A DNA stretch of 63,440 bases, the filler included, from Rhabdomonas costata (Eukaryota), in the NCBI GenBank assembly GCA_019059605.1. It is 31 parts of 31 records of this genome, joined end to end, with 100 filler letters (N's around TTAATTAATTAA, not from the genome) between each part and the next. Parts side by side here need not be neighbours in the genome. Positions count along the whole stretch, not along the records: positions 38,950 to 40,895 come from JAHMHO010007074.1; positions 40,996 to 42,951 come from JAHMHO010007075.1; positions 43,052 to 45,002 come from JAHMHO010007076.1; positions 45,103 to 47,051 come from JAHMHO010007077.1; positions 47,152 to 49,100 come from JAHMHO010007078.1; positions 49,201 to 51,149 come from JAHMHO010007079.1; 25 more parts are not named here. One strand, written 5' to 3'. Of this stretch, positions 39,105 through 51,000 are shown in pieces (within the stretch, counting starts at the first letter, position 1; every line of letters begins with the position of its first letter). The translations under genes and the position numbers were made by a program. A model generated the notes under the pieces. That model was not told where the DNA came from. It saw nothing but the letters and a program-made list of their open reading frames with translations, and did no database searches.

Positions 39105-40519
39105 CAGGAGATGGCTTTCAACTTCAACGAGTACGTCGTTGAGCCTTCACTGACACAGGTGAACACGTGCTGCTCACGAGCACCAATTAACCTCCCGATA
39201 GTGGAAATCGGGTGCTGAAGCGATTTTCCCAGCCCAAGAAACTCGCCCAGTTCCAGTTTTGGAATTTTTATTTGGATTATGGCTGCGATTCCGAGAAGAG
39301 CGTTTTTCCCTTGGCCGCTTTGGTGGCCGCTTCTTTTTTTCCCACGGTTTCACGGTTAATTGCTGTGTGCGCAGCCGCTAGTGCTGACCAACAATGGCAA
39401 TGCCGAGGCCGTGGTGCGGTGGGAGTTTGAGGACCAGCCGCCCCCTCCTCCGGAGCAACCTCCCGAGGGGCAGCGAAGGTGTGCAAAAACAAATGATGTG
39501 GGCGGGAATGCACTGGGAGTGGGGAGATGCAAATCTCATGCTTTTGCACGCTGCTGGACCTCCGATCCCTTATGCTGACCAGTGTGTACCTGGACATTTG
39601 GCGAATGAAAAACTGCAACTTGGGTCTTTTGCCTGGAATGGTTCTTGACTTTCCGAAGTTGAAATGTGGATCCGATGTACTATTTGTATCTAAAAAAAAA
39701 AATACGCGTGGGATCCAAAAGGAAGCCTATACCACAATTCCGCGCAACCTCAAAGCTGACCGGCTTTTCTCTAGCACAAGCTCAAATTTCTGTGGGAGTG
39801 GGGTGTCGTTGTGTTTTCCAAAGGAGAGCCTCGGCGGCTCTCACGGCGCGCTCGAGTCACATGGGCGGCAAGCAGGGCGAGACCTCGCCCCGCAGCAAGG
39901 GCGGGGATGAGCTGCCGTGGCCTCCTCCATGCGCGTTTCGGGTCAGCCCCATGGAGGTATACTCGACTAGTGGCTCAGCAGACACGAAATACACTTGCAC
40001 AAGCACACCTACATGCGTCCAGTAGCAAGCCGCGCCGAGACAGGGGACGCGGCCTGCAGAGGCCCGAAGACAGACTTCCCCGGGGGCACTACAAACCCGT
40101 TACACGATTGAGTGAACGGGGGGGGGGGTAAGGTTGAGGGCAGCTCCAATGAGAGGATGCCCCGGTGCGGGATCTTACCTGCTGAGTTTTGCTCCATTTG
40201 TCAGTTAGATTATTAGCCCCGGCAGGAATCTCTGCGAGCACTCTCAGGATTGATCGAATGACAGCCCAATAAGCTGAATAAGTTCCATGCAACCCAAACG
40301 CTAAGACTCTTTGTGTCTCAGGTGGCTTTCGCAAAAATGATGCGCAGTGTACTAGGGTGGGATGGTTTCTCTCTGTTTCTGTTTCAACCGTCCCTTCGAA
40401 CTTTTCCGAACTCATGAGGCGGCGCAGGCTTGCGTTTCCTTTGGGTCTCCCTTTTCCCTTTTCTTAGGCTGTGATCCCGGCCAATGGCAGCGTGCACTGC
40501 GACATCACCTACACCCCAG
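39105..40519 (+). CDS. Ciliary ASH/Ig-like domain protein, CFAP47/hydin-like (exons 39105-39158, 39375-39478, 39824-39956, 40468-40519)
   Basis: In-frame splice QEMAFNFNEYVVEPSLTQ/PLVLTNNGNAEAVVRWEF...CAFRVSPME/AVIPANGSVHCDITYTP shows the l.l.N.G....f.W and F.v.P..g.i.p..s....i.y.P ASH signatures. Confidence 0.75.
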
Positions 40520-40995
40520 GTAATTCCTGTTCTCCACCAAGCTAAAAGCCCTCCACTCCACCTTAGGGTCTGGGGCCTTGGGGGAGATGTCACACAGAAC
40601 AACATTCCCCGGAAAAACGCGAAACGAGTTTGGAGGTCCCTTTCCTTACCTCCACCGTGGCAGTTTTCCCCAAATTTACCAAATTTACAGTCTCCGCCAT
40701 AGGCCACGTCTCCGCCTCAGCCGCCCCGGCTCCGACCACGCTCTGAATATCATCCCACTCGTCCCCTCATTGCCGAGGAATTGGCTGGTTCTTTACCAGT
40801 GGTAGGGATAGCCATAGCCAGTGGTATTTTTGAGCTGCGATAGGACAGATCGAATCAAATCAAAAGCTGCCCCCCCCCCCCAAAAAAAAAAAAAANNNNN
40901 NNNNNNNNNNNNNNNNNNNNNNNNNNNNNNNNNNNNNNNTTAATTAATTAANNNNNNNNNNNNNNNNNNNNNNNNNNNNNNNNNNNNNNNNNNNN

Positions 40996-41122
40996 TGTCC
41001 TTTTTTGAATTTTGTCCTTTTTTGAATTTTGTCCTTTTTTGAATTTTGTCCTTTTTTGAATTTTGTCCTTTTTTGAATTTTGTCCTTTTTTGAATTTTGT
41101 CCTTTTTTGAATTTTGTCCTTT
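40996..41122. repeat. 17-bp minisatellite (tgtccttttttgaattt), about 7.5 copies, truncated at the contig start
   Basis: Perfect period-17 array read directly from the sequence. Confidence 0.95.
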
Positions 41123-41484
41123 AATTTTGCATTTTGTCCTTTTTCAAACGTGTTTTATTTTTCAAAACCTAAATTTTTTTTCAAACTTTTTGCATTTCAA
41201 CGGATTCTTCTGCAGTCTTGTCCTACTCTTACTTACTCTTAACCTTGATATTGCAGCTGGTTTGGGTATAAAGCCTGCGTGAACTGGGTCGAAGGAAGGT
41301 AAAAATTATGGAAGATAGCCAACCCAACTTTTTATAATTCTCCTTTTACCCACGACCCCATTTCCCGCTCTGTTTTCACTCGGCCTGCCCACTCAGCATC
41401 TCGATCGTGTAAGTGCGGAAGGCGCATGTATAAAACGAGTCAGCGTCTTTCCCCTGAAATAGTACTGTACATGGGGCCACACAC

Positions 41485-42951
41485 CCGGTGGGAAGGGCGC
41501 CTGGTAGGCCTTGATACGAGCAGAACCACGGCGGGGACACCACCACCTGCCACGGCACCCCGGTGTACGCCAGGAAGTGTGAGAAGCTGCTGCGCGAGGG
41601 CACCAGTACATCGGCCCGGGCGAAGGCCTCGATAGTGGCTAAGGTCTGGCCCACGTCCTGCCCGTTGCTGCCCAACTCCACACAGTCCGTGCAGCCCACA
41701 CCCTTTATTTTTATGGGGGAATTGTTTTCGGTTGGCCCGATGCGGAAAGAAAATAAGAGAAAAAGAAAACAGGTGTATACTTGTTGCGCAGAGAAGCCAA
41801 TCTCTGCACCACCTCTTCTGCCTAATACTTACTACGACTGTACTGCAAGAAGGGGTTAGCATATAAATATTTGTAGAATTTGTTTTCAGTACTTCACACA
41901 AGTTCTTAAAAACAATGACTACGGGTGAGCTTCCCAGCCTCTACGTCGCTGACCAACAATGAAGCGACAACTTCTCCTAATGTGCAGAAAACTGAGATCC
42001 ATGGGACACCAACCATGGGATGAACTTAGACGTAGTTGTTCTAGAAGGCTAATACCGAACTGTGCTCTACTCACACCGCCGTAACCGCCGTAAGACTTAA
42101 TACTTGAGCAAACAGCAAATCCCCTAAACCATTTAAAGGAGTGAAACAGCCGTTTGGGAGGCTAGCATCCCTAATTTATCCCAAGCCTTACCTAAAGCCA
42201 GCGATAACAGTTTGAGATTCCCCACTAAAAAACCAGCACAGGCCCCAGAGCTCCACAGGGAAACCAGTGGCAAGCGAACCGTACCTGCGCGAAGGCTCGG
42301 GTGTAGTTCGTGGCGTCGTGAGAGAGGCCGTCCGAGAACACCCGCACCACGACCTTGCGCTCGCCTGTCTCGGTGAGCAGTCGCAGAATGCGGCGAACAA
42401 CCTTAGGCAACCGCACAGAAGCGCATGAGGCAGGAGGAGAAGGAAATGCCAACCAGAAAAAAAATGCAAAACAGAGAGACCACCGCTTAAGTTTAGTTAA
42501 ATTAGAGAATGGAGTGGAGACGTGATCTTGAGGCGAAGCTGACTCCTCATGCTGATTTTTCATTGGATTCCTGAATTTACCCTCACGGCGTCTTCCTTCA
42601 GGGAAAGGAGCACACACATACACACTCTGTGCTCTTGTCCAAGACGACACACACACACACACACAGAAATCGGCTCAAATCAGTATTCACGGGATAGCAC
42701 AGGGAAAACACACACACACACACACGCACATATTCACAAAGGGAAAACCATTGCTGGCCACACCATACACCGACCAGGGTGAGCGTGTCGCCTTTACAGC
42801 GCACACACCGCAATGTAAAAGGAGTCATCCATTCCCCAGCGCTTGCGGTAGAAGTCCGTCCTCATCTGCCGGATGTCCCCCTGCCGCACATGCACCGCCA
42901 CCACTACCACCCCCGCCGTCGCACCTGCCCCAGCGGGACTGCCATCACCAC
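41485..42951 (-). CDS. GT11-like / GDP-fucose glycosyltransferase, C-terminal part (exons 42951-42809, 42401-42285, 41702-41485)
   Basis: Three fucosyltransferase motifs in order: VAVHVRQGD, VRVFSDG, ADVLVPSRSSFS. Introns are phase 0 GT-AG. Confidence 0.75.
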
Positions 42952-43314
42952 NNNNNNNNNNNNNNNNNNNNNNNNNNNNNNNNNNNNNNNNNNNNTTAAT
43001 TAATTAANNNNNNNNNNNNNNNNNNNNNNNNNNNNNNNNNNNNNNNNNNNNTTTTGGGTGTGGCGTGGAGAGGATTCAGGCGTCTCTTGGCCAAGGGACA
43101 CCTGGGGGACCGGCAGGTGAACGGTGGTACGTTGAATGATCCAGAGTGTGAGAAAAATCGGATGAGTGCGGGAGGAAGGACATATGCTGCCGACTGGATG
43201 CCACATTCCGTAGTCAACACCGGTTTTGTGATGTGACGGAAAAGGAGGAGTACCATTCACAGAAAACGGCCGCACGTCACATTTGTTACACTGCTGGGGG
43301 ACGGTGGGCGAAAC

Positions 43315-45002
43315 CTCGCGGAGCCTCTCTTGCTCCCGCTTCCGTGCCCCACTCAAAAGTAGCGCATCTGGGGACTTCATCCGCACGTGCTGCACCAGCG
43401 CCAGCTCGGCGTGGTCCACCTGCACTAGCGTCAGCAAAGGAGTGATCTGCAAATCCGCCCGCAGGGAAAAAAGAAAAGAAAAAGAAAAAACAGACCCAAT
43501 CGCATCATTGTTTGCTTTCATAAGCGTTTGGGGCTTCCTGCTTGGGGCACAATGAGAAAAATGGTGTCGAGAGAGCCAACGTGAGGATGCGAATTTCGAC
43601 CCAGCCCAAGCATACGGCCACGACAACGTAGAGAAAGGAGGAAGGGAAACTGCACGCGATTCGTCACGGGGTCAGTGGCACTTTCACCACCCTATAGTCA
43701 CTCCTCCATCCCGAATACCATTGCGGGAAGATGCAGGGGAACTTGCTGGGCCATCACTCGCAGGGTTAGCACAGCTTCTCCACGGACCTGCACCCCGAAA
43801 AACCCCACCATGACACTTCTTCGAGCGTTTGACGATATACGATGCATACCCACTTTGCAGCCATAACCTTGGAGCACCCACCCTTCCGCACAAGGGGCGT
43901 TTGCATGAAGCCAATAGAGCCATGGAACGAATCACGGGAGCTGCCAGTTAGTAGTGCATTCAAAGTTCAAAGATGTCAATGAAACCGTTCTGGTTGCAAA
44001 AACATACCAGAGTGCTGTTGTGAAGGAACGCGGGCAGCACCGCGGCGTAGACGGACTCTCGAAGAACGTGCCCCGCCTCCCGCAGAGCTTTGCACAAGTA
44101 CCTGAGCAAAGCCAGCATTCCTCACGCTGCAGCCAGTGCTTGAGTCAGGTCAGTCTACAATCCAGCAACAAAACAGTCCCGTCCCCTGCCCAAACGCCGT
44201 GCTTTCCTATCCAATTTGCCGAATGAAATGGACCTCAAACTGGTCCATAAACCGCCGCGGTGGACAAGGGACTGCTGGGTGGGGTGTGTCTGATGTTCTC
44301 GTTCTTTCCCTCTCCCTTTTATTCCGCGGCGGTTGCTCTTTCATCGCACTCAAGCGCGCACGCAAGGCGAAACAAAGTGCAAGAGGGACGCAGAAGCAAA
44401 ACTTTCACGAGACAACAGTGTAGCAGTACGTCATGCGCGGCCGGTTTCTGTCCCCGGTCCACACATAAGAACTGCCCCCCCTCCCCACGAGTTAGCGAGC
44501 CTTGTGTTTTCTTTGTAAGCCAGAATTCGAAATGAAACGTTCTGTGAGAGAGATACGAGGCCTGCTGATGTTTACAAACGAAGAACGAAACAGTTGTAGT
44601 GCTACAGTTTCTTCCTTTGTGTTGCTGTCGTCGTCGAAGCACTAATCAGCATTTATCTCTGCCAGTGGGCAAGCAGCAGCTCGTGGATGCTGGCTGAAGT
44701 TGCGTCTGTCTCGTGACTGAAGATCTGAGGACGTGGTTGTGGAGTTTGACGTTTTCCCTTCCCCTTTGTACTAGACGCGTGTTTTTTTTTCGACAGGCGT
44801 CGTCGGTTAATTAATATGGCTCTCTGAAAAGCTGCAGTTTCCGAAAGGAAGGTCACGGGTTAAACCTTAGGGTCTGGAGGCAGAAGCAAGTCGCGTAGTC
44901 GCTGAAGCATCCCCCCTTCCGCAGCGCGGCTCCCAGCACCTTACCGGCGTGCAGCAGGTGGGCCTCCTCCAGCCCTCCATCCGGGCTTCCACCCCCACCA
45001 CC
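43315..45002 (-). CDS. Hypothetical protein, several short exons
   Basis: Segments HETDATSASIHELLLAHW, YLCKALREAGHVLRESVYAA and VDHAELALVQHVRMKSPDALLLSGARKREQERLRE with splice-like ends. Confidence 0.45.
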
Positions 45003-45102
45003 NNNNNNNNNNNNNNNNNNNNNNNNNNNNNNNNNNNNNNNNNNNNTTAATTAATTAANNNNNNNNNNNNNNNNNNNNNNNNNNNNNNNNNNNNNNNNNN
45101 NN

Positions 45103-46830
45103 GGAAGTATCGGCACAAGGGGTACATTTTGTGGCAGCCCTTCTCTGGGGGTCGACGATTTTTCTTTGCCCAGTGCATGGGATGGTTTGTCTACGCTGCC
45201 TTCGTCGTGTATTCAGGTGTTTGCGGTGTTCTGGACTTATGCTCCTGTGTGTGCATGTGTTATGTGTTATGTGTTATGTGTTATGTGTTATGGTTTATGT
45301 GTTAGTGTTTTCCTCTGGGAAATGACATCGTTCACTCTGCTTCGTGATGTTTTTTACTGCGTACTTACCAGGGGTAGCCCACCCGCCGCCACGACTTGCC
45401 AATTGAGGCTCAGCGAAACAGTAACGCGAAATTGCAACCTGGATTTGTGAGAACAGGGTCATTTAATGGTCATCAAATTATGCAGCAGAGGAGCACTTTC
45501 AATGGTGTGGTATTATGAAAGAAAACAGCTGCTCTGCATTTCTGGCGGTCTTCATGCCTCTTAGACTGTGTAACCGCTGAAAGCGGCCTGCATTCTTTGC
45601 GAGCATTGAACTCCCTTTTCTCGCACATATCTTTCATCGTGTGCTACACAGAAGCTGGAACACACGAGGTTGCGCTTGCCCCCCCCCTCCGTCGAATTTC
45701 TGGAATCACCTGAAACTTGCATGGCCCTTTATTCTCGACCCACGACGTCAGTCACCCGTCCACACAAAAACAGAAGTACTCACTTCTGAAGATGACTGTG
45801 CTTTTTGTTGGTTCCGCTCTGTTCCGTCGTCGGGCGACTTCGCCCTTGCCTCTCTTTCCGTCTCTTTTCTTTCTTTCTCTCACACGCTCTCACTCTATTT
45901 CTCACAGTTTGGTTGTTCTCGGTGGGCCTGACCAGTGTTCAGGTCAACGGGGTGGTCTCCGGAGCTGGAGTGCTGGGCGTGGTGGCGACTCTGTTGATCC
46001 ACTCCAGTCTGCGTCACTTCTACGCAAAGGCGCGAGTAATCAGCTTGGAGGAGTATTGCCCCCCTTTGGGCCCAGACAGCCTGGTGGTGCTCACGATGGC
46101 CTGCGGCGCGCAGGCTCGTGCCCGCACTCGCACCCACCCACGCACGAGCGCTTTTCTCCTCTGTCCGATTTGCTGTCGATGGTTGCCACGGGTCTTGTGC
46201 CCAGCACGGCACGTTTTCGGGTGGATGAGCAGTCTGCGCTCGAAGCTTGTTTCCAAGGAAGTTATTGTGCAGACAGGAATCTGTTTTGGACCGGGAATGC
46301 CAGCATGTCCAGCCTTCAGAAGTAAAATTACCAGCCCAGCCGTCAACCGTCAACCGTTTGTGCTGGAGCCGTCATCGTCTGTTTTTGATCCCTGGAGATT
46401 AATTTGGATCTGCTACCTGCTACCTGGAATGATTACTTGAGCTCGTGGGCGCTTGTTCCCGAGACGCATACGTCGTGGCCATTTGTGTTCGCAATACTCT
46501 GTCCTCTGCCAGTGGGTGGGGAATGGGCAGGCTGTGTTTGTGCTGGCGGACTTCTGCCGGCCGTCCTGGGCGGGCGTGCTGGGCCCCCCGGGGCTGACCC
46601 TGAACTGCCTTTCCCTCTTTGTGGCTCACTACAGCGGCCGGCGGAGGTACCCCACTCAGTACCACCTGTGGCAGCCCTTCCGCGGAGGGTTCCGGTTTGC
46701 AACCATGCACGGAGTAGCATGGTTTCTGGCCAGCCTGGCGCTGTACCTCACCCTGGGCCGAGTGGAGGTGCTGGCCACTTCATACCGCGGGGCGCTGTCC
46801 GGACTGGGGTGCCTATTCTTTCTCTCTGAG
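45103..46830 (+). CDS. Multi-pass membrane protein with two WQPFxGG repeats (exons 45103-45216, 45908-46113, 46531-46830)
   Basis: YILWQPFSGGRRFFFAQCMGWFVY and YHLWQPFRGGFRFATMHGVAWFL fall in one spliced frame with intervening TM helices. Confidence 0.8.
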
Positions 46831-47151
46831 GTCTGCGCGCGCGTGCGGGGTCAAGCTGCCAGTCCAATGCATGGGGGAGCATCGGTTTAAACGATTTGGT
46901 GACAGGTCATCTTTGAGTGTGTCACTATTTCCTTGCCTCTTTGGTAATCAAAAATGTACAGGTTAATGCAATATCTGCCCCCCCCCTCCCCAGTTGTGTC
47001 GATTTCCGATCGATCACAGCTGATTGTTCTGCCACGAGAGCCACAACACCCNNNNNNNNNNNNNNNNNNNNNNNNNNNNNNNNNNNNNNNNNNNNTTAAT
47101 TAATTAANNNNNNNNNNNNNNNNNNNNNNNNNNNNNNNNNNNNNNNNNNNN

Positions 47152-48603
47152 TTTTTTGGGTGGACTTCTGTGACGTAGATCGGGAGGCAGGGCAAGGCCG
47201 AAGTGTCGGGGAAGAACCAGTCCAGCGAGTCTAGTGAGGACTCGCTGGGACATGAGGAAAGTCCGCTGGGCAGGGCTGCCTTGCAGAAGTCATCCGAGGG
47301 GGAGGTGCAGGGGGGAACTAATGGGCTGGGACGACGCGAGGTAAACCTTCGGCACTGTGGACGTACCGTTGCCATCTTTGAGGAGAAAACCTGCGAAAAT
47401 AACCAGACAAAGCTATCGTGCAGAACCCCATGCCACAAAGGTTCCTAGAAGGATTACCATACCAAAAGGGAATTCTGTACACATCGTTATAATACACCCT
47501 CACAAGGCATTGGTTCTTCGAAAACCAAGCGGCCCAGCCGTGATCAAGTTGCGTAAACCAGCCAAACCATTGGCAGCTCTTTTGAAGACGGCGGGGGAAA
47601 AGGACACCGAAACCACATAAGAAGAAGCTTCTGAAGCTGAGGGGGTAACCCCTCCGAAACAGTCCTAAACAGTCCTAAACAAGGCAGTGAATGGCCCGTC
47701 TTGCCGTTGAGGAACTCCCAGAAAACACAAAGCAAGACAGCTCACTTGAAGTAATTTCAATACACAAACAGTGGCACACGCAAGACACAGACATGCGAAA
47801 ATGTATGTGCAATCAACATTTCGATGCTCAACTGTGCTACGAATGTATGAGGATATAGGGTCGGTTTCGCCTCAGAATTTTCGTGTTGTGTGGCGCGTGA
47901 CCAAACGGCCGTCCGTTGGTCGGCAAACAATCCCACCAAACGCCAGAAAAATCAGAAAAAGGGGAGCCTTGCTACGAGCCGAAGCAGAAAAGATGCAATT
48001 ACATGCTGGCAGTGATTGGGCAGCGCTTGACAGAGATGGCTCTGCAGATGTGCGCGAACACTATTATCACTGCAAGATGAAAAATCATTGCACACCAACT
48101 CAGAGGAACAGCCACTGGAAATTTCGGGGAAGAGGGCCAGGCAAATGTAGAGCGAAAAAAGGGAAAAGCTTCGGCTTCTTCTTTTCTTCTAAACAATGGT
48201 GTGCAGGGAAAAAGAACAGGAGTCACAAAACTCAGAAGGAAGAAGAATGATTATCCACAACCTCCCGCCCCAACCAAAATTGGAGGTGCGGCACTCGCGA
48301 TGGGTGGGCCACGGCGGCTTTCACAGAGCTCCCTTACCAAGCCAACCACGGGTGAGGCTTTCCCACAGACCCGACCAGCCCCCCGTGCCTCTACGGCCCC
48401 GCGAACGGGGGAGAGAGTGGACCTCAGTGACGTAGATGGGGGGACAGGGCAGACCCGAGGTATCGGGGAAGGACCACTCCAGAGGGTCTGAAGGAATCCT
48501 CCCAGCCTCCTCAGGGCCGCTGTAGGATGCTGGGCCGTCCGACGGGGAACGCCGGAGGCTGAGCAGAGGGGAGGGGCGGGGGGTGGTGTACCGCTTGCCG
48601 GAA
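47152..48603 (-). CDS. Hypothetical protein with two paralogous exons
   Basis: RYTTPRPSPL..SPSD...PLEWSFPDTSGLPCPPIYVTEVH (about 48603-48415) and RFTSRRPSPL..SPSD...SLDWFFPDTSALPCLPIYVTEVH (about 47350-47159). Confidence 0.65.
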
Positions 48604-49205
48604 GCTCGCACAACAACGGACATGTCCTTCCAAGGTAAAAAGAAAAGAAAAAGTGCACAACCCGCGAGAAAGAGCTTCGAGGAGGAGCAGTTGGATCCAT
48701 CAAACTATGCTGAACATTGCTGATCACTCTCACAAGAGAACCAGAGACCAAAAATGACCGCACTCGGAAGAGCGCACCGGATTCATCCATCTGTTCACAT
48801 GTTTCCTGAATTATGTCCCTGAACAATTGCACAGCGGCACAGCAAAGCACTGGTGATGGGTGGTATTCCTGACAAATGTCCAGTGGCCTTAGTCCGGCAC
48901 AGCGGCAGCACAAATGCCAAGCACAGCAGATGTAGCAGCTAACAGACCCTTTTGCCGAAGGATGTGATAATACTGTGGAAGGGGGAGGGGAAGGCGCCGA
49001 AATTCCAGGTGTGTCCACGTGTGTCGCCTTCCTAGCCACCTGCAAAGCGTCTGTTGGAATCCCAGGGGACACGTGGGTCGCCTTCCTAACCCCCACCACA
49101 NNNNNNNNNNNNNNNNNNNNNNNNNNNNNNNNNNNNNNNNNNNNTTAATTAATTAANNNNNNNNNNNNNNNNNNNNNNNNNNNNNNNNNNNNNNNNNNNN
49201 AAAAA

Positions 49206-51000
49206 ATGTACCTCAGTTTGCTTCCACTCTTGCTGACCGTGATGCTCGTGAAGAATTCATGGGCAGCCTTGCAGGGCCAGGGCTCCACCATGGCGGGGCC
49301 GCTGGAGCAGCAGCTAACCTTTGCTTTCTCTCCGTACAAAGTAAGCTACACGGGCACGGGCAGCGGTGCGGGGAAGGCTGCGGTGATTGCGGGGCAGAGC
49401 GACTTCGCGTGCTCGGAGGCCAGCCTGACTGCCGCGGAGAAGGCCAGCGTGGCGGACATTCAGCAGCTGCCGCTGTTCGTGATTGGGGTGGCGGTGATCT
49501 ACAATATCCCTGGGATGACCATGACCAGCCCCCCACTGAACCTCACGACGCGACTCCTGGCGGACATCTATGCGGAGCGAGTGACGGCGTGGAACGACCC
49601 GAGCATCGTAGCCCTGAACCCTGCGCTGGCGGCGCAGCTTCCCAACGTGACGTTCACTCGGTTCGTTCGAAAGGACTCGAGCGGGACGACGTCTGTGTTC
49701 ACGAACGCACTGAAGGTGGGCTCCGGCTGCTTCGTGGCGTGTCTCTGTGTCGCATCCACGGAGAGTGCTAGTAGCATTTTCTATGTCATGTTGTGTGTGT
49801 GTGTGCGTGTGCGTGCGTGCGTGTGCTTGCATTCGGTGAGGGAAACGGTTCTCGTGAATCAGCTGTCGAGTGTAGTAACTGTTCTTTTGTCCAGGTCTCT
49901 CGAGCCTCTCTTCATCTTACCTCCCGGCCGTCACCGATCAACTAATTTTACTTTTTTCACTGCTCTGGGGGCCGCATGATGTTTTGGAATTTGACAGGCC
50001 AGCAACGATTTGTTGTATTGTTTTGTGGGATTTCGCAGGCCTTCCCGAACTCCAACTGGACGGCCGTGGGCACCTCCGTGACATGGCCGAACACCAACGG
50101 GATGCTTCGGCAGGCCACGGGGAGCTCAGGGGTTGCGGTGTCCGTGCTGTGGACCCCTTACAGCATTGGGTACGTGGGCTACGACTCGGTACTGCTGTAC
50201 AGCCTTCCCGCGGCGCAGTTTGTGAGTCCCGGGGGTCAGATCCAAGTCATGAACGCCAACACCACGGCGCTGGCTGCGCTGTCCTTTCCGCTGGCCTCGG
50301 ACTTGTCCGCGACGATTGTGAACGCGTCGTACCCCGCGTACCCCATCTCGGGCTACGAGTACTTTGTCTACCGGCCCTCCTCGATGTCCTGCGAGAAGGC
50401 GTACTGGCTGCAGGAGTTCATCCTATTCACGTTCGCGCCGTCGACGCAGGTGGTTGCGATGAACGAGGGGTTCTCCCCGATCCAGAGCACGATCAAGCAG
50501 CAGGTGGTGTCGAAGGTGGGGGAGATGACGTGCGTGGACTCGGATGGGTCGAAGCCATTGGTGAGCACGCTGAAGCAACGGTACAACCCAGACCCGGTGT
50601 ACGTGGTGCCGAACGCCGGGGACTCCGGGGCAATCATTAGGATCATTGCGATTGTGGCTCCGATTGTGGGGGCTGGAGTAGTCGCCGTTTTGGTGTTCAT
50701 GGGCATAGCGAACTACCGCCGCAGCCGAGCCCTACAGAAGCGTCTGGAGTCGGCACCGAAGGGCTATGCAGCTCTGATGGTATGCCTTTAGCTTTTTGCT
50801 CTTTGGCAATCGCTTATACATTGGAACCGCGTTTTGGTTTTTTGCACTTTCCTTTTTTTGCTCTCCGTGGTCTCTTCCAGTTCACGGATATCCAAGATAG
50901 CACTCGGCTTTGGAACACCTATGGTGAGGAATTCGAGGACTCATTGGACCTGCACAACGAGGTGATGCGGCTCAACATCGACCGATTTCGCGGGTTTGAG
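49206..51000 (+). CDS. Receptor-type class III adenylate/guanylate cyclase with an extracellular PstS-like binding domain (exons 49206-49715, 50039-50779, 50881-51000; 3' truncated)
   Basis: Signal peptide; PstS motifs GQGST, YTGTGSGAG, DFACSE, IY..RVTAWNDPSIVALNP, RKDSSGTT, SIGYV, YPISGY; one TM helix; then ALM/FTDIQDSTRLW...LDLHNEVMR...GFE. Both introns are phase 0 GT-AG. Confidence 0.93.

Noticed and set aside
40996..41122. 17-bp array as CRISPR or iteron
   Set aside because: Head-to-tail copies without spacers in a eukaryotic context; an ordinary minisatellite.
44601..44612. gctacagtttct resembling part of a diplonemid spliced leader
   Set aside because: Only 12 nt, the flanks diverge, and it lies inside a probable intron of an opposite-strand gene.
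36891..51000. Histidine kinase plus PstS-cyclase as a linked Pho-like signalling system
   Set aside because: They are on different contigs concatenated artificially, so there is no evidence of linkage.
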